The position numbers and the translations under genes are program-made. 64,000 nt of DNA from Klebsormidium nitens (Eukaryota > Plantae > Klebsormidiophyceae): contig DF237173.1 in assembly GCA_000708835.1 (NCBI GenBank), positions 1 to 64,000 on the forward strand. The letters are read 5' to 3'. Positions 52,201 through 64,000 of this stretch are shown in pieces (the stretch's first letter is position 1; each line of letters opens with the position of its first letter). The notes beneath the pieces were generated by a model. That model saw nothing but the letters and a program-made list of their open reading frames with translations. It did not search any database and was not told where the DNA came from.

Positions 52201-54981
52201 CTCTGACCCACATTTGGTTTACGCTGATTTGTTGTTATCGAGAATGCGCCTGTTCTGGAGGTGTTTGGAAAAGTGGAGGGGCTGTTACACATTATCTTTC
52301 GCGTAATTGTAAAACTTGGTAACCAGGTCCGTAAGGCTTTAGAGGTACGAGTTGCCTCAAAGCCAAGCATCCCTGTTTTTGCTGTAGTTTCAACGCTCCT
52401 CCTCCCCCCTGTCCGGAGCACCTGCGCCGTCCAGAAGCTCATCAAGACTTCCGAGCCTGAGAGCTTCAACTCAGAAAAACACATTGACGAACCTCTTGTT
52501 GCTTTCTCTCACGGAATTTTCTCATTCCCTTTCCGTCCACCTGCAGCACCCGCGCCTTCCAGAAGCTCATCATCAAAGCATCTCGAACACTGAGTTCCTC
52601 ATTTGAGAAGGAACTTAGGGACATACTGAAGCGACCTTTCCCTTGCTCTATTTCATGAGCGCTTCTTATCCGGATCCCGCCCCCCCCCTGCAGCACCCGC
52701 GCCGTCCAGAAGCTCATCGAGACCATCGCCGGCCCCGACCAGATCCGCATGGTCGTCTCGGGCCTCAAGCCCGGCGTCGTGACGCTCATCAAGGACCTGA
52801 ACGGCAACCACGTGATCCAGCGCTGCCTCCAGCGCCTGAGCAACGACGACAACCAGTTCATCTTCGACGCGGCCGCGCAGCACTGTGTTGAGGTCGCGAC
52901 GCACCGCCACGGGTGCTGCGTCTTGCAGCGGTGCGTCGACTTTGCGGAGGGCGCGCAGAGACAGCGGCTGGTCGCCGAGATCGCGGCCAACGCGCTCGTG
53001 CTGTCGCAGGACCCATTCGGGTGAGGCGCTCTTTTGTCCGTTTCGGGAGTGTCGGGTTTGTTTTGCGCGTTGCTTTGCTCGTGACCATGCAGTGACGATC
53101 AATTGAAGCTTGGTGTTGCTAACGCTCTCACTCTGAGCTTCAGCACCATGTGCTTCCCTTTATTGTGTTCCGGCTTTAGATTCTCTTAAGAGAACAGGCA
53201 ACTAACAAATCCAAAACATATCTGCCTACCACCGTTGGTTCGTACCATCATCGACTTCGTTTTTCAAGTTTTCTTTATACTCTGTTTCCTGCAGCAATCA
53301 CCTTGTTCAGGGCATTCTAGACCTCGGTCTTTGTAAACTTCTATATCATGTATAGGTCCCGCACATGCATTCCTCATCTTCTTTGTACTTACTCTTGTGA
53401 CTCCCATTTCCTGCAGCAATTTAGAGCAAGTGTCACCCCAAATTTCTACTCATCACGTTCATGTGTCGAGGACAAGCCTCGTACCCCCGTTCTGACCCCT
53501 TTCCCGACCCCTCTTCTGACAGCAACTACTTTCTTAGTACGTTTTAGAACTCGGCCTTCTCTGGGCGTCCGCTCAGATCATGACGCGCCTATTCACGAAG
53601 ACCTTTTTCTTAACCCCTCGTTAACCCCCTTCAAAACCCTTTCTTCGCAGCAACTACGTGGTTCCGTACATCACTGGCCTCCCGTGGGCGTCCGCTGAGG
53701 TCATGACGCACATAATTTGTCCTGTACATGTAACCCCGCCCTAACCCCTCTCTAACCCTTTCCTAAAACCCCTTTCTCCGCAGCAACTACGTCGTCCAGT
53801 ACATTTAGGCCTGGGCCTCCCCGGGGCGTTCGCCGAGGACATCACGCGCCTAATCAGTTCTCTTAACCCCTTCCTAAAGCCCTCTCAAAACCCATTCCTC
53901 TGCAGCAACTACGTCGTCCAGTACATCCTAGACCTGGGCCTCCCTTGGGCGTCCGCCGAGGTCATGACGCGCCTCGAGGGCAACTACCCGTACCTCGCGA
54001 CCCAGAAGTTTTCCAGCAACGTCGTCGAGAAGTGCCTCAAACTCGCGGCGGAGGACAGCCGCAACCGCATTGTGCGCGAGCTGATGCTCTCCCCGCGCCT
54101 CGGGCACCTGCTCCAGGACCCGTACGCCAACTACGTCGTGCAGAGCGCGCTCACCGTGTCCAAGGTGGGCCGGGTGACGTCGTGGATGACGTTAGCTACG
54201 CTTGTTGCCTTCCTTGGGCTGTCGTTGGTATCTGTAGGTCGGTGCTGACATAGGTCGTTGCTGACATCAACTGTAAGGTCGAGGGATTGAGGGATTGTCA
54301 GTTGATCAATATTTTGTGCTCTCCCGTCTTAAAAGCAGCCGTGGACGACCCAGTGCCGCTTGTGTCTTCTAGCTGGAGTTTTGCGACCACTTAAACCATG
54401 ATGGTCTGACTCTGTCTGTTAGACGGGCTATGGTGCGTTTATTCCATCCTTGAGAGTCTACAATATTCTTCACAGGGTCAGTATGACTGACAAGGCTTCT
54501 GGCTATGCTGTTGGGCAAGCATTCGTGCATCGATCGTTCTGCTGTTGAAGTCACCCGCTTGACTTGTTGAAATTGGCACGACATTTCTATCTCTACTCCA
54601 ATGTCGGCGTGCTTTTGAGGTCCACTTTCTCTTCAAAGAAGCTGAACGAATTCGGCCTATCATCCAGGCTGGCCTGGTCGACAGACTACCGAGTGTTTAA
54701 AAGTTTACACATCTTTTGGCCTGGTCGAAAAGATTACAAAGGGTCCGAGAGTCTACCCAGTCAACGAAGTCCGCTGGAGCTTGTTTGGCACCATGTTTTG
54801 CCGTTTACAAAACAAGACTGTTTGTGTTCTACAGGGCGCAGTGCACGCTGGGCTGGTCGATGCGATCCGGCCGCACCTGACGGCAGTGCGCAACAGCCCC
54901 TACGGAAAGCGCATCCTGTCGCAGGCGAACTTGAAACTAGGGCGGGGGGATGAGGGGTCCGACGGGGACCTTCGGCGATGA
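49283..54981 (+). CDS. Pumilio/PUF RNA-binding protein with a CCCH zinc finger and a low-complexity N-terminus
   Basis: Exons 49283-51248, 52694-53020, 53906-54164, 54835-54981. PUF repeats: AKDQHGCRFLQK, MTDPFGNYLIQKL, NMHGTRAVQKL, KDLNGNHVIQRC, HRHGCCVLQRC, QDPFGNYVVQY, QKFSSNVVEKC, QDPYANYVVQS. Zinc finger CKYYLQGYCSRGDGCPFVH. Confidence 0.93.
52400..52693 (+). repeat. Two degenerate acceptor + exon-start copies upstream of Pumilio exon 2
   Basis: agcacc.gcgcc.tccagaagctcatc at 52417 and 52545, with the true copy at 52692. Confidence 0.9.
53283..53905 (+). repeat. Tandem array of degenerate 3'-splice-site + exon-start copies upstream of Pumilio exon 3
   Basis: cag|caa acceptor-like junctions at 53292, 53414, 53520, 53648 and 53781, with the true acceptor at 53903. 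Confidence 0.92.
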
Positions 54982-56831
54982 CAAGAGCCTTCGTTGATAG
55001 GCCTGGGAGAGGGGGACGGAAAGATTGATGAGCGGTTGTCAGAAGGGTTGCGGGGACAGAACATCTAGTGAGAAGAGCGGGAAGGGGGGCGAGAAAAACA
55101 AGAATGTTTGAGAGGGGGTAGGGCCTAACGGGCACGTCGACGATACGGAGAGACTTTTTAACTTAAACAATGGGGGTCGGAGGAGCAAACGAGGAGAGAG
55201 GGATGGTAAGGGAGGGAGGGAGAGGCGAGGAGCGGGGAAGGGCGTTTCTCAGGGGCGTTTTCGACTGTTAAGAGAGAGAGGGAGGACTTTTACGAGGGGC
55301 GGTGATCCCGGAGAAAAGAGCGAGAGCCTCGCAGGCGCTGCTGGCGCTGGGAAGATTACGTCAAGGGGCCAGCCGCCGCGTGGGAGGGCGGGCGTCGGGA
55401 GTCGTCCACGAAACTGTAACTGTAGCGTGCAGCGCCAGAAGGTATGGCGCCTTAGACAGAAGAGGTTCTAGAAAGGTCTTTGAGCGGGAGGACCCACGGC
55501 TGGGGGGGCCTTTTGCAGTGAGGTGAAGCCCCCCCCTCCAATGCGCAGCATGCGACACAAAGATGACTATCCATGAGCTGCGTGGGTCGGGGCGGCGGGC
55601 GGTGCGTGTTGTTGTGCAATAAAGAGCTGTGCGATCGTTCCACGGCTGTACAGATTCTTGCCCTCGGCCCCCCGGGGACGCTGGGCCGTCCCGGCAGCGT
55701 CTGCCGTGTGTATGTCAGATTTTCGGACTGGCAAAAGGGGGCCGTGACCAGATGAGTTTGCGGAGAACAATGTTACTGAAGCAGAAAGTAAGGAGAGTGT
55801 TGGCCGACGAGACGTGCGTGCGAGACCTTGCTAAGGCACCAAATAGCCACAGCCCTTGTACTCTGGACTCGATATTTTATGTTATGAATGAGTAGAGCCT
55901 AGAATACTTAGATAGCCGGCTTGTACTGGTAAGTAGTCGATCTTAGTCAACGTTACATTGCATACCACGTGTGCGCCAGACTTGATTGGATATCTTGTTT
56001 ACGAGCTCTTACAGGCATTCATGTTAAGTTCGATATTTGAGATACCATATCTGTTGTTTCTTTTCCTGCGCTAGCCAGCGGGACAGCTGAGCTTGGCAGG
56101 CCGGGACTCGAGCGGATCTGCAGAAGATCTAAGTCACATCGAGTCCGCATGCGGCTGCATGTGCATGATGTATGTGGCTAAGGGCGCATGCTTTAACTTC
56201 GTGGCTGAAACTTTGATCAGCTGTATTCATGCGCAGCGGCTTATATCCCTGGATCATGCAGGGCGCTGCACATACGTGCACATGCGCGTGCAACTGCTGC
56301 AAGGATCTGCAGGCTATACTCAGATTCTTATGCCCGCGGGCCATGCAGCACTTGATACTGATGTTCGACTTCTCATCATTGCAATCGATCACATGCACTT
56401 AACTTGCACAGCTAGAGTGATTGGTGTTATGCATGATAATTAGCATCTCGCGGAGCACCATCCTCGCGCGAGGCATCATGGGCTAAGCTGCTCGTTCTGT
56501 AAAGTTTGCCGCTTGATGTGCCCCACGGATTGCCGACACAGCGGGACCCTTGCACTAGTATGCTTCAAAGGTGCATGCGATTTCTGCCTGATTCGTGAAG
56601 AGGGCGGGAAACAGCCGCCACAGAGCTCGCTGACATAAAATCAAAGCGGCCGATTCGGGCGTCTTTGGGCCACGTGGCTTGAAGGCAGTATGGTCTTCTG
56701 TAACTTGCCCTTATAACGGATAACAGTAACGACGTTACATTGACAAAGAGACTATTTGCTTGGACAGGCAGTCCGAGTCCAACGATCGACGACCGGATCC
56801 GTTGCGCTTGGAAACATCGGAGCGTCCCACA

Positions 56832-59800
56832 CTACCTAGACATGCCACCGCCTCCTGCATGGAACAACATAAAAACCACTGCCAGCTGCAGCACTAAAAC
56901 GTACCCAACCGTCAGCGTCCGGAGAAATGCGTTCTGCTGCACCGCTCGGCCGACCGTGGACCCCAACCCCTCCACTGCTTCTGCCGCGTATATGATCGGG
57001 TTCGAGCTGCTCCCGCCCCTGACGTCACTACCCCGGAACCGTGCCAGCTGGCGAGCGCCGCTCCGTCCTTTGCTGGGATGGTCTGAAAAGCTCCGTCCGC
57101 TCTTCCCGCGCTTGGTTCCGCCGTAGTCGTTGCGCCCGAACTGCTGCTCCCGCCGCGTCGAGAGGGCCGCTTGCAGCCGCAGGTCGAGCGCACGGCGCTC
57201 GTTGGCAAAGGCCTCCGCTTGAGCCTGCCGGAAGTGTAAAACGTCATTCAGCGCGCTGCATGAACTGCTTGACTGGCAATTGGGTTGACGAATCCAGATT
57301 GACCGACAAGCGTGCGGTCGACATCAGATCAGAAGCTAGTCCGGTCGATGTCAGATCAGAAGCTAGTCCCTTCTGAGTGAAGGTCAGAGGAACAACCGCG
57401 GACAAGGTTGAAAAATGCGAAACAGAAAAGCATGGCGGAAGCTTCTAAAGCGAGAGAGAGGGGGAACACGGATTCCAAGAGTCAATACCGAGACGCATGA
57501 CAAGAGCTCTTTCAGGGATAAAAGTAAAGGGCGGGCAAAGACGGGAAAAGATTGCATGTTACCGTGTGCCAACATTTCAAGGAAGGATTTGACAAGCGGC
57601 CTACTCCTTCGCATTCAATGTCGCGCTCTAAAGCCTGCCAGAGTAGCAGCGGAACTCCTTGACAAAGATAAGCAGCAACAGGACTTCCCTGTCCTTGCAA
57701 TAACTCACCTGCTTTGCAACCAGCTGTTCGTTGAGGGCCCTTAAGCGCCGCTCTAGTTCCATTTCCCGTTGTCCTGCAGATGAAGCGCAGGAAAAGATTG
57801 AGCAAGCCATGAGAAACGACAGGGGAAATTGGAGAGTCCATCCTCAGAGGATAGGAACGAAGAGCAACATTACTGCCTTTGCAATTGTCGGCTTTGAAGA
57901 GTCGGCCCAAGTTTCCTGCGGCAGTAGTGGTCTGGAGTTCTGTATGAACATGCCCAAAACGATTGCTGTACTTGGCAAACATATTCGCACCAGATTACAA
58001 AGCTCCGCCCTAAAACGGGACTCCATCAGGGCCCGATTGCTCTCTTATAGGTTTTCAAATATGCAACAGAGCAACTGAGCGGACTCACTCTGCCGTCATC
58101 AGAAAGGCACAAGTCAACACTTCGTTTGAAACACGTCCAGATAGGTTGGCCAGAACGCATCCAGCAGACTGAGAAATCGTACCACGACTTCACACTATCG
58201 TGATTGGGGACAAGTATTTCTGTGGCCGGGAGCATTATTTGTCGAATGTACCTGAACATTGGCTCCTACAGAAGAGTGGCTGTCTCCAATGACAACCGAA
58301 GATTCGCCGACGGAGATTCGCCGACCGAATTTTCAGACTTCCTGGCGCAACAGTCATTTGCAGCTTTCTTCGGTCTTAGAAAGAGTCGAAGGCGAACTCG
58401 CTTGCTTCCAAACACTGACAGAAAGCGGATGAACAAATGTAATAGCTAACCCATCATTGACAAGGCTCGAATTTGCAAGTCCGCATTCGTCACCCCAAAG
58501 CCAAAACCGGAACCCTTTACAGTACAGCACCATTGGATTACTCACCTGCGGACGGCCACTTGGCAGCATTCCTCTCATGCTGCATGAGCCGTTCCTCCAA
58601 CCGGGCAATCTCCCGATCCAGCTCCTCTCCTGCTTTCCTCCTCTTCTCAATCTCTCCCCTCTCTTCTGCTTCCTCCCTTCTCTCAACATTATCCCTCTCC
58701 TCTCCCCTCATTTCATCCGCAGTCCTCGCCTCTCCCCTGCTTGCCGTTCTTTCCTCCTTCTCCCTCGCCTCTCTCACTGTACTCAGCTCAACCAGCACTT
58801 CTCGCACCTCTTCCTCTAGAGAACTTTCTTCCGAGTCTAGTTGTGCCTGCCTGGCGACCAGCCGCTCTGCTTCGGCGGCCTTGTCTTGGGAGTGCCGCTG
58901 AGTGGCCTCGAGGGCCTTGTCGTACGCCAGATTCTCCGCTTGGAGGGATGACTCGCGCATCTCAGCCTGGAATCAAACACGTTCACAGGACCTTATGTTT
59001 TCTTCAGTTTGATCAAGTTTTCGGAGCCCAGCCGGTGAAGCAAGTAATCACGCAAGGTATTATGAGCACTCGGAGCAGAATATGCATAAGTGCAACTCAC
59101 ATGCATAATTGCGGCCTGTGCAGACATCACTGACCATGTTAAAGAGTTATGCTCTCACATATTCCCCTGCAAAGAAAGAACGCAACTTCCTTGTCATGAG
59201 GAGCACCTGAATCCTAGTTGAAGTGTGCGCATTTTTCTCTTCGTCGATCGTCCTCTGAGCAGCCGCCGTCTCCGCGCGGAGGTGCTCCAACTCCTGTGCA
59301 TTCATCTGCGCTGCAACTGCGGCCTCTCTCCGCAGCTTTTCATTTTCCGCCAGCATGACAGACACCTGCGCCTCCACTTGGCTGAGCTTCCGCAAGCTCT
59401 CCTCATACGCCTGCCGAAGATGAGACGTAATTAGTTCCCTGTCTTCAATGCAACATGCATCCTTCTGAAGGTCTGCTGTCGGAAGTGACACTTGACTGCA
59501 CAGATCTAAAGAAGTCTCAGAGAAGAAGTAGCAACACAGTGTGTACCTGAACAGTGACAAGAGGAAGCTTCTGAATGACTAGGTCTTTAAAACAATTTCA
59601 GACTTGATTCTGCACAGAAGATAGAATATACCTGCAGCATTCAGAAGCACGTTCGAGAAACCCATACAATGATGTGAGACAATTTAAGGTAGGCAGTGCT
59701 CCTCAGTTCAGAACAGTTCACAGACCAAGAACCACCAAGCAATGCCGTTGATGCGAGCAGTGCTGCGAGATACTCTCACCTTCTTCAAATTTGGCTGCGA

Positions 59801-60157
59801 CCACTCCCGCCTGTCACTCAAGTTCCTCCTGACGCTCCGAAGCTGTTCAATTGTCAGAGAGGGAGCCTTCGCAAGCTTAGCCACAGCCGACTCAGGCACA
59901 CCCTGGTCCCAAGTGGCATGTCCGGAAGCTGTCCGAACAGGGGATTCAGAAACACCCAAAAGCTGACTGCGTCCGTCAAAGTCAACACTGGCGTCCGTCT
60001 CTTGCTCACTTGTCCCATCTACATCAGAATAAGGCCCGCCATCGGGAAGTTGCTTTTTTCTTCTTCGGCGGCGGCCGCTCTTACTCGTGTCGCTAAGGCC
60101 CGCGGCAGACTGGTCGACCTTCTCCAAGACGTCGGCGGCCCAGCTGAGGAAAGACAT
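56832..60157 (-). CDS. Golgin-84-like coiled-coil protein with a C-terminal transmembrane anchor
   Basis: N-terminus MSFLSWAADVLEKVDQSAA, long coiled-coil exons, EMELERRLRALNEQLVAKQ, and a last exon (about 57225-56832) ending FLRTLTVGYVLVLQLAVVFMLFHAGGGGMSR*. Confidence 0.75.
57315..57368. repeat. 27-bp tandem duplication in an intron
   Basis: cggtcgacatcagatcagaagctagtc followed by cggtcgatgtcagatcagaagctagtc (25/27). Confidence 0.95.
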
Positions 60158-61277
60158 TGTTGCGGAATGGGTTCACACAATTTGACTCTATCAAGCTTCA
60201 AGAAAAGCACTACATGACGTGATGAAGATGCTTCCCTGCATGGAGTTCAGCCAACCCATGGGCGCCCATTGGACGGCGCACAAAAACTAAAACTGGCACG
60301 ATTGAAACCTGCCTTCTCATGCGTCCAAAATGCAACTTCAAGCAAGAACTTGGGAGACAATGTCGAGGCCGGGGACGTGTGGGGGCTCGCCCAATTCTCC
60401 TGGTGCGCAAGGAAGCTCTGCATTGCCGCGCAAAAACAAGTCCCCACAGCCGCTTCCGCAAAACCGATGCGCGACTTGCACGTGGCGTTTCGCGCCATTT
60501 TGCAGTCCTACAAATCCAAATGTCTGGCTGATGATGTCATTTCTACATTTCACAGCGCGCGCGGCGCACCTGACATCACTTCATGCTCTAGTACCTGCAT
60601 GTATCTCATTCGAGCAGATCTCGACTCTCCCTGCGTCTACCCACAACAGGAAGAAGCCAATGGAGCCTAGGAGGAGAATGTTTTAGGAGCGCCAAAGTTG
60701 GCCCATGTAGAGAGTGGGGCGCTGCTGCTAAACCTTGACAGGACTCCTCCCCTCAGACTGCCCCAAAAGCGACAGTGGAAAAAAGGTCGACAAAAAGATT
60801 TCAAAAAAAGATTGCGCTAGAGGGAGTGCATAGGACTGAAAAGGGGCATGCGAAAAGGAATCTGGAGAATAACTTCCTCGCTTGTAGGAGATCGATTGCT
60901 CAAGGCCTGCACTGGATTGTATTTGAAAGGGTAACTCAGCATTAGGGTTTCGTGATGTTTTAGGGTTACGGCGGAGACGGAGGCCTTCTGATGCATCTCC
61001 GCAAAGAGGGCCTCGATCGCAGGCATATGAGGAGCAAAAAGGGGGCATCTTGTACAGTCTGAAGGCTGAAGCCCAGGCCCTTCGGCAAACTTCTCGCCTC
61101 TCTTGGACCAGATTCATGCTGCCTTGGCTCCTCATTGTATTGTCAAGCATTGAGTTAAGCAGTTCCTCCAATACGGATTGCTGCTAAGTTCGGCAGAAGT
61201 CCTTGAGCTGAAATCCTCATATCCTGTATTGAGCACTTCCAAACACCTAGGATTCGCCCCCTACGTTTTGGTCCAAC

Positions 61278-64000
61278 ATGGCTGACGATGGCAGCCCAGA
61301 CGATCGCGAGGGACGCCCTCAGACCGCTCCCGAACCAAAGGAAGCCGAAACTCGCCCTCACTCTCCCTTGAGACCTCAGAGACAGAGCCCCATTCTCCGG
61401 CCCTACACAGCAGGTCTGGTAGACATTTCTGAGCAGGGGGGTTTAGAAGGACCCCGTCAAAGCAATCAACAGTCAAATGCTGGTCCTGCCGGGCCTTCTG
61501 GAAGGGCTGGCGGGGGCTTCCGACGGCCGAGCACTTCACCTTCGCCAGGCCAGAGCAAGGGAGGCTCGGCCGGCGGCCTGTCGAGAATGCGCCGGAAGGA
61601 CTACCAGGATTTGAAGGAGCTGGCGACCTATGGCAAAACCCTAAAACCCCTGGACCGTAAGCGGATGGCGAGCGCCAAGCCTGGGAGTGCAGGGGGAGGG
61701 GACAGCATGGGAGCGGAAAACTTCGAGGAGCCACAGAAAAAGGGGGGGGNAGAAGAGGGAGAGACGAAAAAGAGTCGAGACGTTGGGCAGTGGGAGGCGG
61801 CCGAGCCGTCCGAGCGTCGAGCCGTTACCCCGAGGNNNNNNNNNNNNNNNNNNNNGAGGGAGAGACGAAAGACGTCGTACGGACGTTGGGCGACGTCGGG
61901 ACGGGCGGCCACGCCTCCGAGACTCACGCTACCGAGTGACCCCCCCCCCCACGATCATGATGCAAAGGGCGCTATCGCCACCTAAGTACACGATAGCGAG
62001 AAGGGCGCGGCCGCATACCACAGGATCGATGCGGACGAAATTCTTGGGGGGGGGAAGCTTGGGAGACAATATGAAGCTGGCGGGGGCGAGACCAAATACG
62101 GGGGTGGCGCGAGGCAGAGGGGGGGCTTCAGGGAAGGGCGATGAGGTGTGGGTGGATGAAGACGGAAATGTTATGCTCGGGGGCAAAACGGGAGGAAGGT
62201 GAGGCTGCTTCGCAAATTCTGGTGATTGCTCGGTTTCTGAGCAGCTCGTGTGTTGTGACTAGCCAGTTTTATCTGGTCGAACTACATCACAAACCAAGCA
62301 GTTTCTCTGACCAGCTCCCGTATCAGTAGCATCCAGCTGAAATAAGCTCTCAAGCTGCATCACGGCTCCGTTTTTTATGGCTCAGCCTCTAATGGATAAA
62401 GACAGCCCAAGAGATAGAAAGCTCCTCAGTTCCGGCAAAGCGTAACTTGAAACCCAGAAGGGTGTTCACAACCAACGCACTTCATGGACCGTTCCACCTT
62501 CCTTGAAACATTCCAAAGACGATTTGAGAACCAGTTTCTTGGTATAGAGTTCTCAATTTCTAAAAAGCATGCGTTTGACTCTTCTCTGTGTCTCAAGCGA
62601 TTGTTCTCCAGCTCAGCGATCGCGCAGAGAGATGAAAAACCTTTGAAGGAGGCCAGCTGCTCCTCACGATTTGTCAACCAGTTTCAATATACCTAGTCTC
62701 TTCGACTCAAAATCATGTGCAACAGATTCCGCAGCCGAAGTCGAGTAAGCTCATTACGTAGAAGCGTTTGTCACCATGCATTAACCTCTGCATGTTTACC
62801 ATCAATTGGACCAGAGCACCTGACAAAGCCCGAATTTGGAATCCAGATTTCTGTATGGTCAATCGAATCAAAGAGGTAAAATGCTGCAGGTATGTTGGCG
62901 AAATGGCGGGCGGTCTCCCTGAGGGGCGTGGCCAGCACTGGGTGCCTGAAGCGAGCGGGGGTGGCATGCGGTTGCTGTACGAAGGGGAGTGGATGCTTGG
63001 GGTGAAGATGGGCCAGGGAACCATCTACTATCGGAGCGGCCAGGTGGGCAGGAGTGGCCGCATCAGCATTTTCTAGTGATTCTAGTGAAAGAAGGTCTGA
63101 AAGCTTGACTGCATCAGGATCAGAATGAAGAGCAACAACTAAGTGGTTTCGAGGTGAAATCTGACCCGGATCGTCAGGGAAGTTTTTACATTCCGCCATT
63201 GCTTATTTTTCTGATTTAGTATGCTCAAGCTCACCCAGTCAAAACTGAGTAAGTTGAAGACCTCGGCCCTGGGTAAGAAGCTGCAGCTGGATCCTTCAAT
63301 GGGGCTTAACGGTTGTATATTCCCATATCTGTTCCTCGAAACGTCGTGGATAGAGACTCTCCGTAACAGGAACCTGTCGCAGATTGCCTTTCGAATGCCG
63401 GGTGCTGTTTGTCGCCCGCAATCCCACCACTTCGACTCCTTTCTTGCAAGCCATTCCTCAATGTCTTTGATGTCAAGGTGGCGTTCCCGAGTTCTGTTTG
63501 CGATCCCCTAATATGAGTTCCTCCTTTACTTTGATCTTCTGATCTCTTTCCGTTCCCTCGAGCTCCTTAAGCAGCATCGCAGCATAGAAACCCTCTGGAA
63601 GAATCATCAACCAGCCTTGTGCCTCTGAAGCTCAACTCCGTCCCTCTGCAGACATACACCGGAGACGTCGTGGACGGGGACCGTCACGGTGTGGGTCGGC
63701 TGACGTACTCGTCTGGGGACGTTTACCATGGGGCGTGGTTCCACGGGCGGAAAGCGGGTTATGGCATCCAGGTAATCGGGCGGTAACCTGACCCTTGCAT
63801 CGCTATCCTGGGAGTTCAATTTTCATTCGTGCAGTGGGTTTCTGCTGCACAAAGGGCAGTCGGGCATTCGATCGTCTACTGCACGGATGGCGTGATGCAT
63901 ACAAAGGTGGAAGGGTCAGATAAAGCTCACTGAAATATGAGAGGAGACAATCTGGAAACGAAGGCTGTTCCGCTTCTTGAAAAAATGGTTAGAGTGACGT
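61278..64000 (+). CDS. MORN-repeat protein with a long disordered N-terminus; 3' end outside the window
   Basis: Exon 1 61278-62199 (interrupted by N gaps). Exon about 62890-63042 gives YVGEMAGGLPEGRG...YEGEWMLGVKMGQGTIYY; exon about 63651-63771 gives YTGDVVDGDRHGVGRLTYSSGDVYHGAWFHGRKAGYG. Confidence 0.8.

Noticed and set aside
34219-54981. Functional cluster of RNA-related genes (MCTS1, AlkB, RsmB, PUF)
   Set aside because: Probably different compartments (RsmB looks plastid-targeted), no shared motif seen, and such genes are common enough for chance adjacency.
1-64000. tRNA or rRNA genes
   Set aside because: No cloverleaf with A/B boxes and no rRNA signature was recognised; a tRNAscan-SE/Infernal run would be needed to exclude small ncRNAs.

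Overview
Intron-rich eukaryotic nuclear DNA (GT-AG introns with YAG acceptors; four small N gaps). The plant-type orthologues and base composition suggest a streptophyte green alga such as Klebsormidium; this is inference. About 11 spliced genes were assembled by eye, so exon boundaries are manual. They are: a Crinkler-like REase+kinase gene (-, frameshifted, with a duplicated exon), a plastid NAD(P)-binding Rossmann protein (+), a PGHS/fungal-Ppo-like heme fatty-acid dioxygenase (-), a histidine acid phosphatase (-), V-ATPase subunit d (+), MCTS1/Tma20 (-), an AlkB-family dioxygenase (+), a plastid RsmB-like m5C methyltransferase (-), a CCCH+Pumilio protein (+), a golgin-84-like protein (-) and a MORN-repeat protein (+, truncated by the window). 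The most striking pattern is a set of 'splice-junction echoes'. In at least four unrelated genes, the intron next to an exon is built from roughly 90-150 bp tandem copies of the splice site plus exon edge, and in the multi-copy arrays these generally decay with distance from the real exon. Other highlights are the Crinkler-like gene bracketed by direct repeats about 7.86 kb apart, the non-plant-type dioxygenase, five head-to-head gene pairs separated by TGCA/CATG-rich spacers, and a TA-flanked TIR element. No rRNA, tRNA or CRISPR array was seen.
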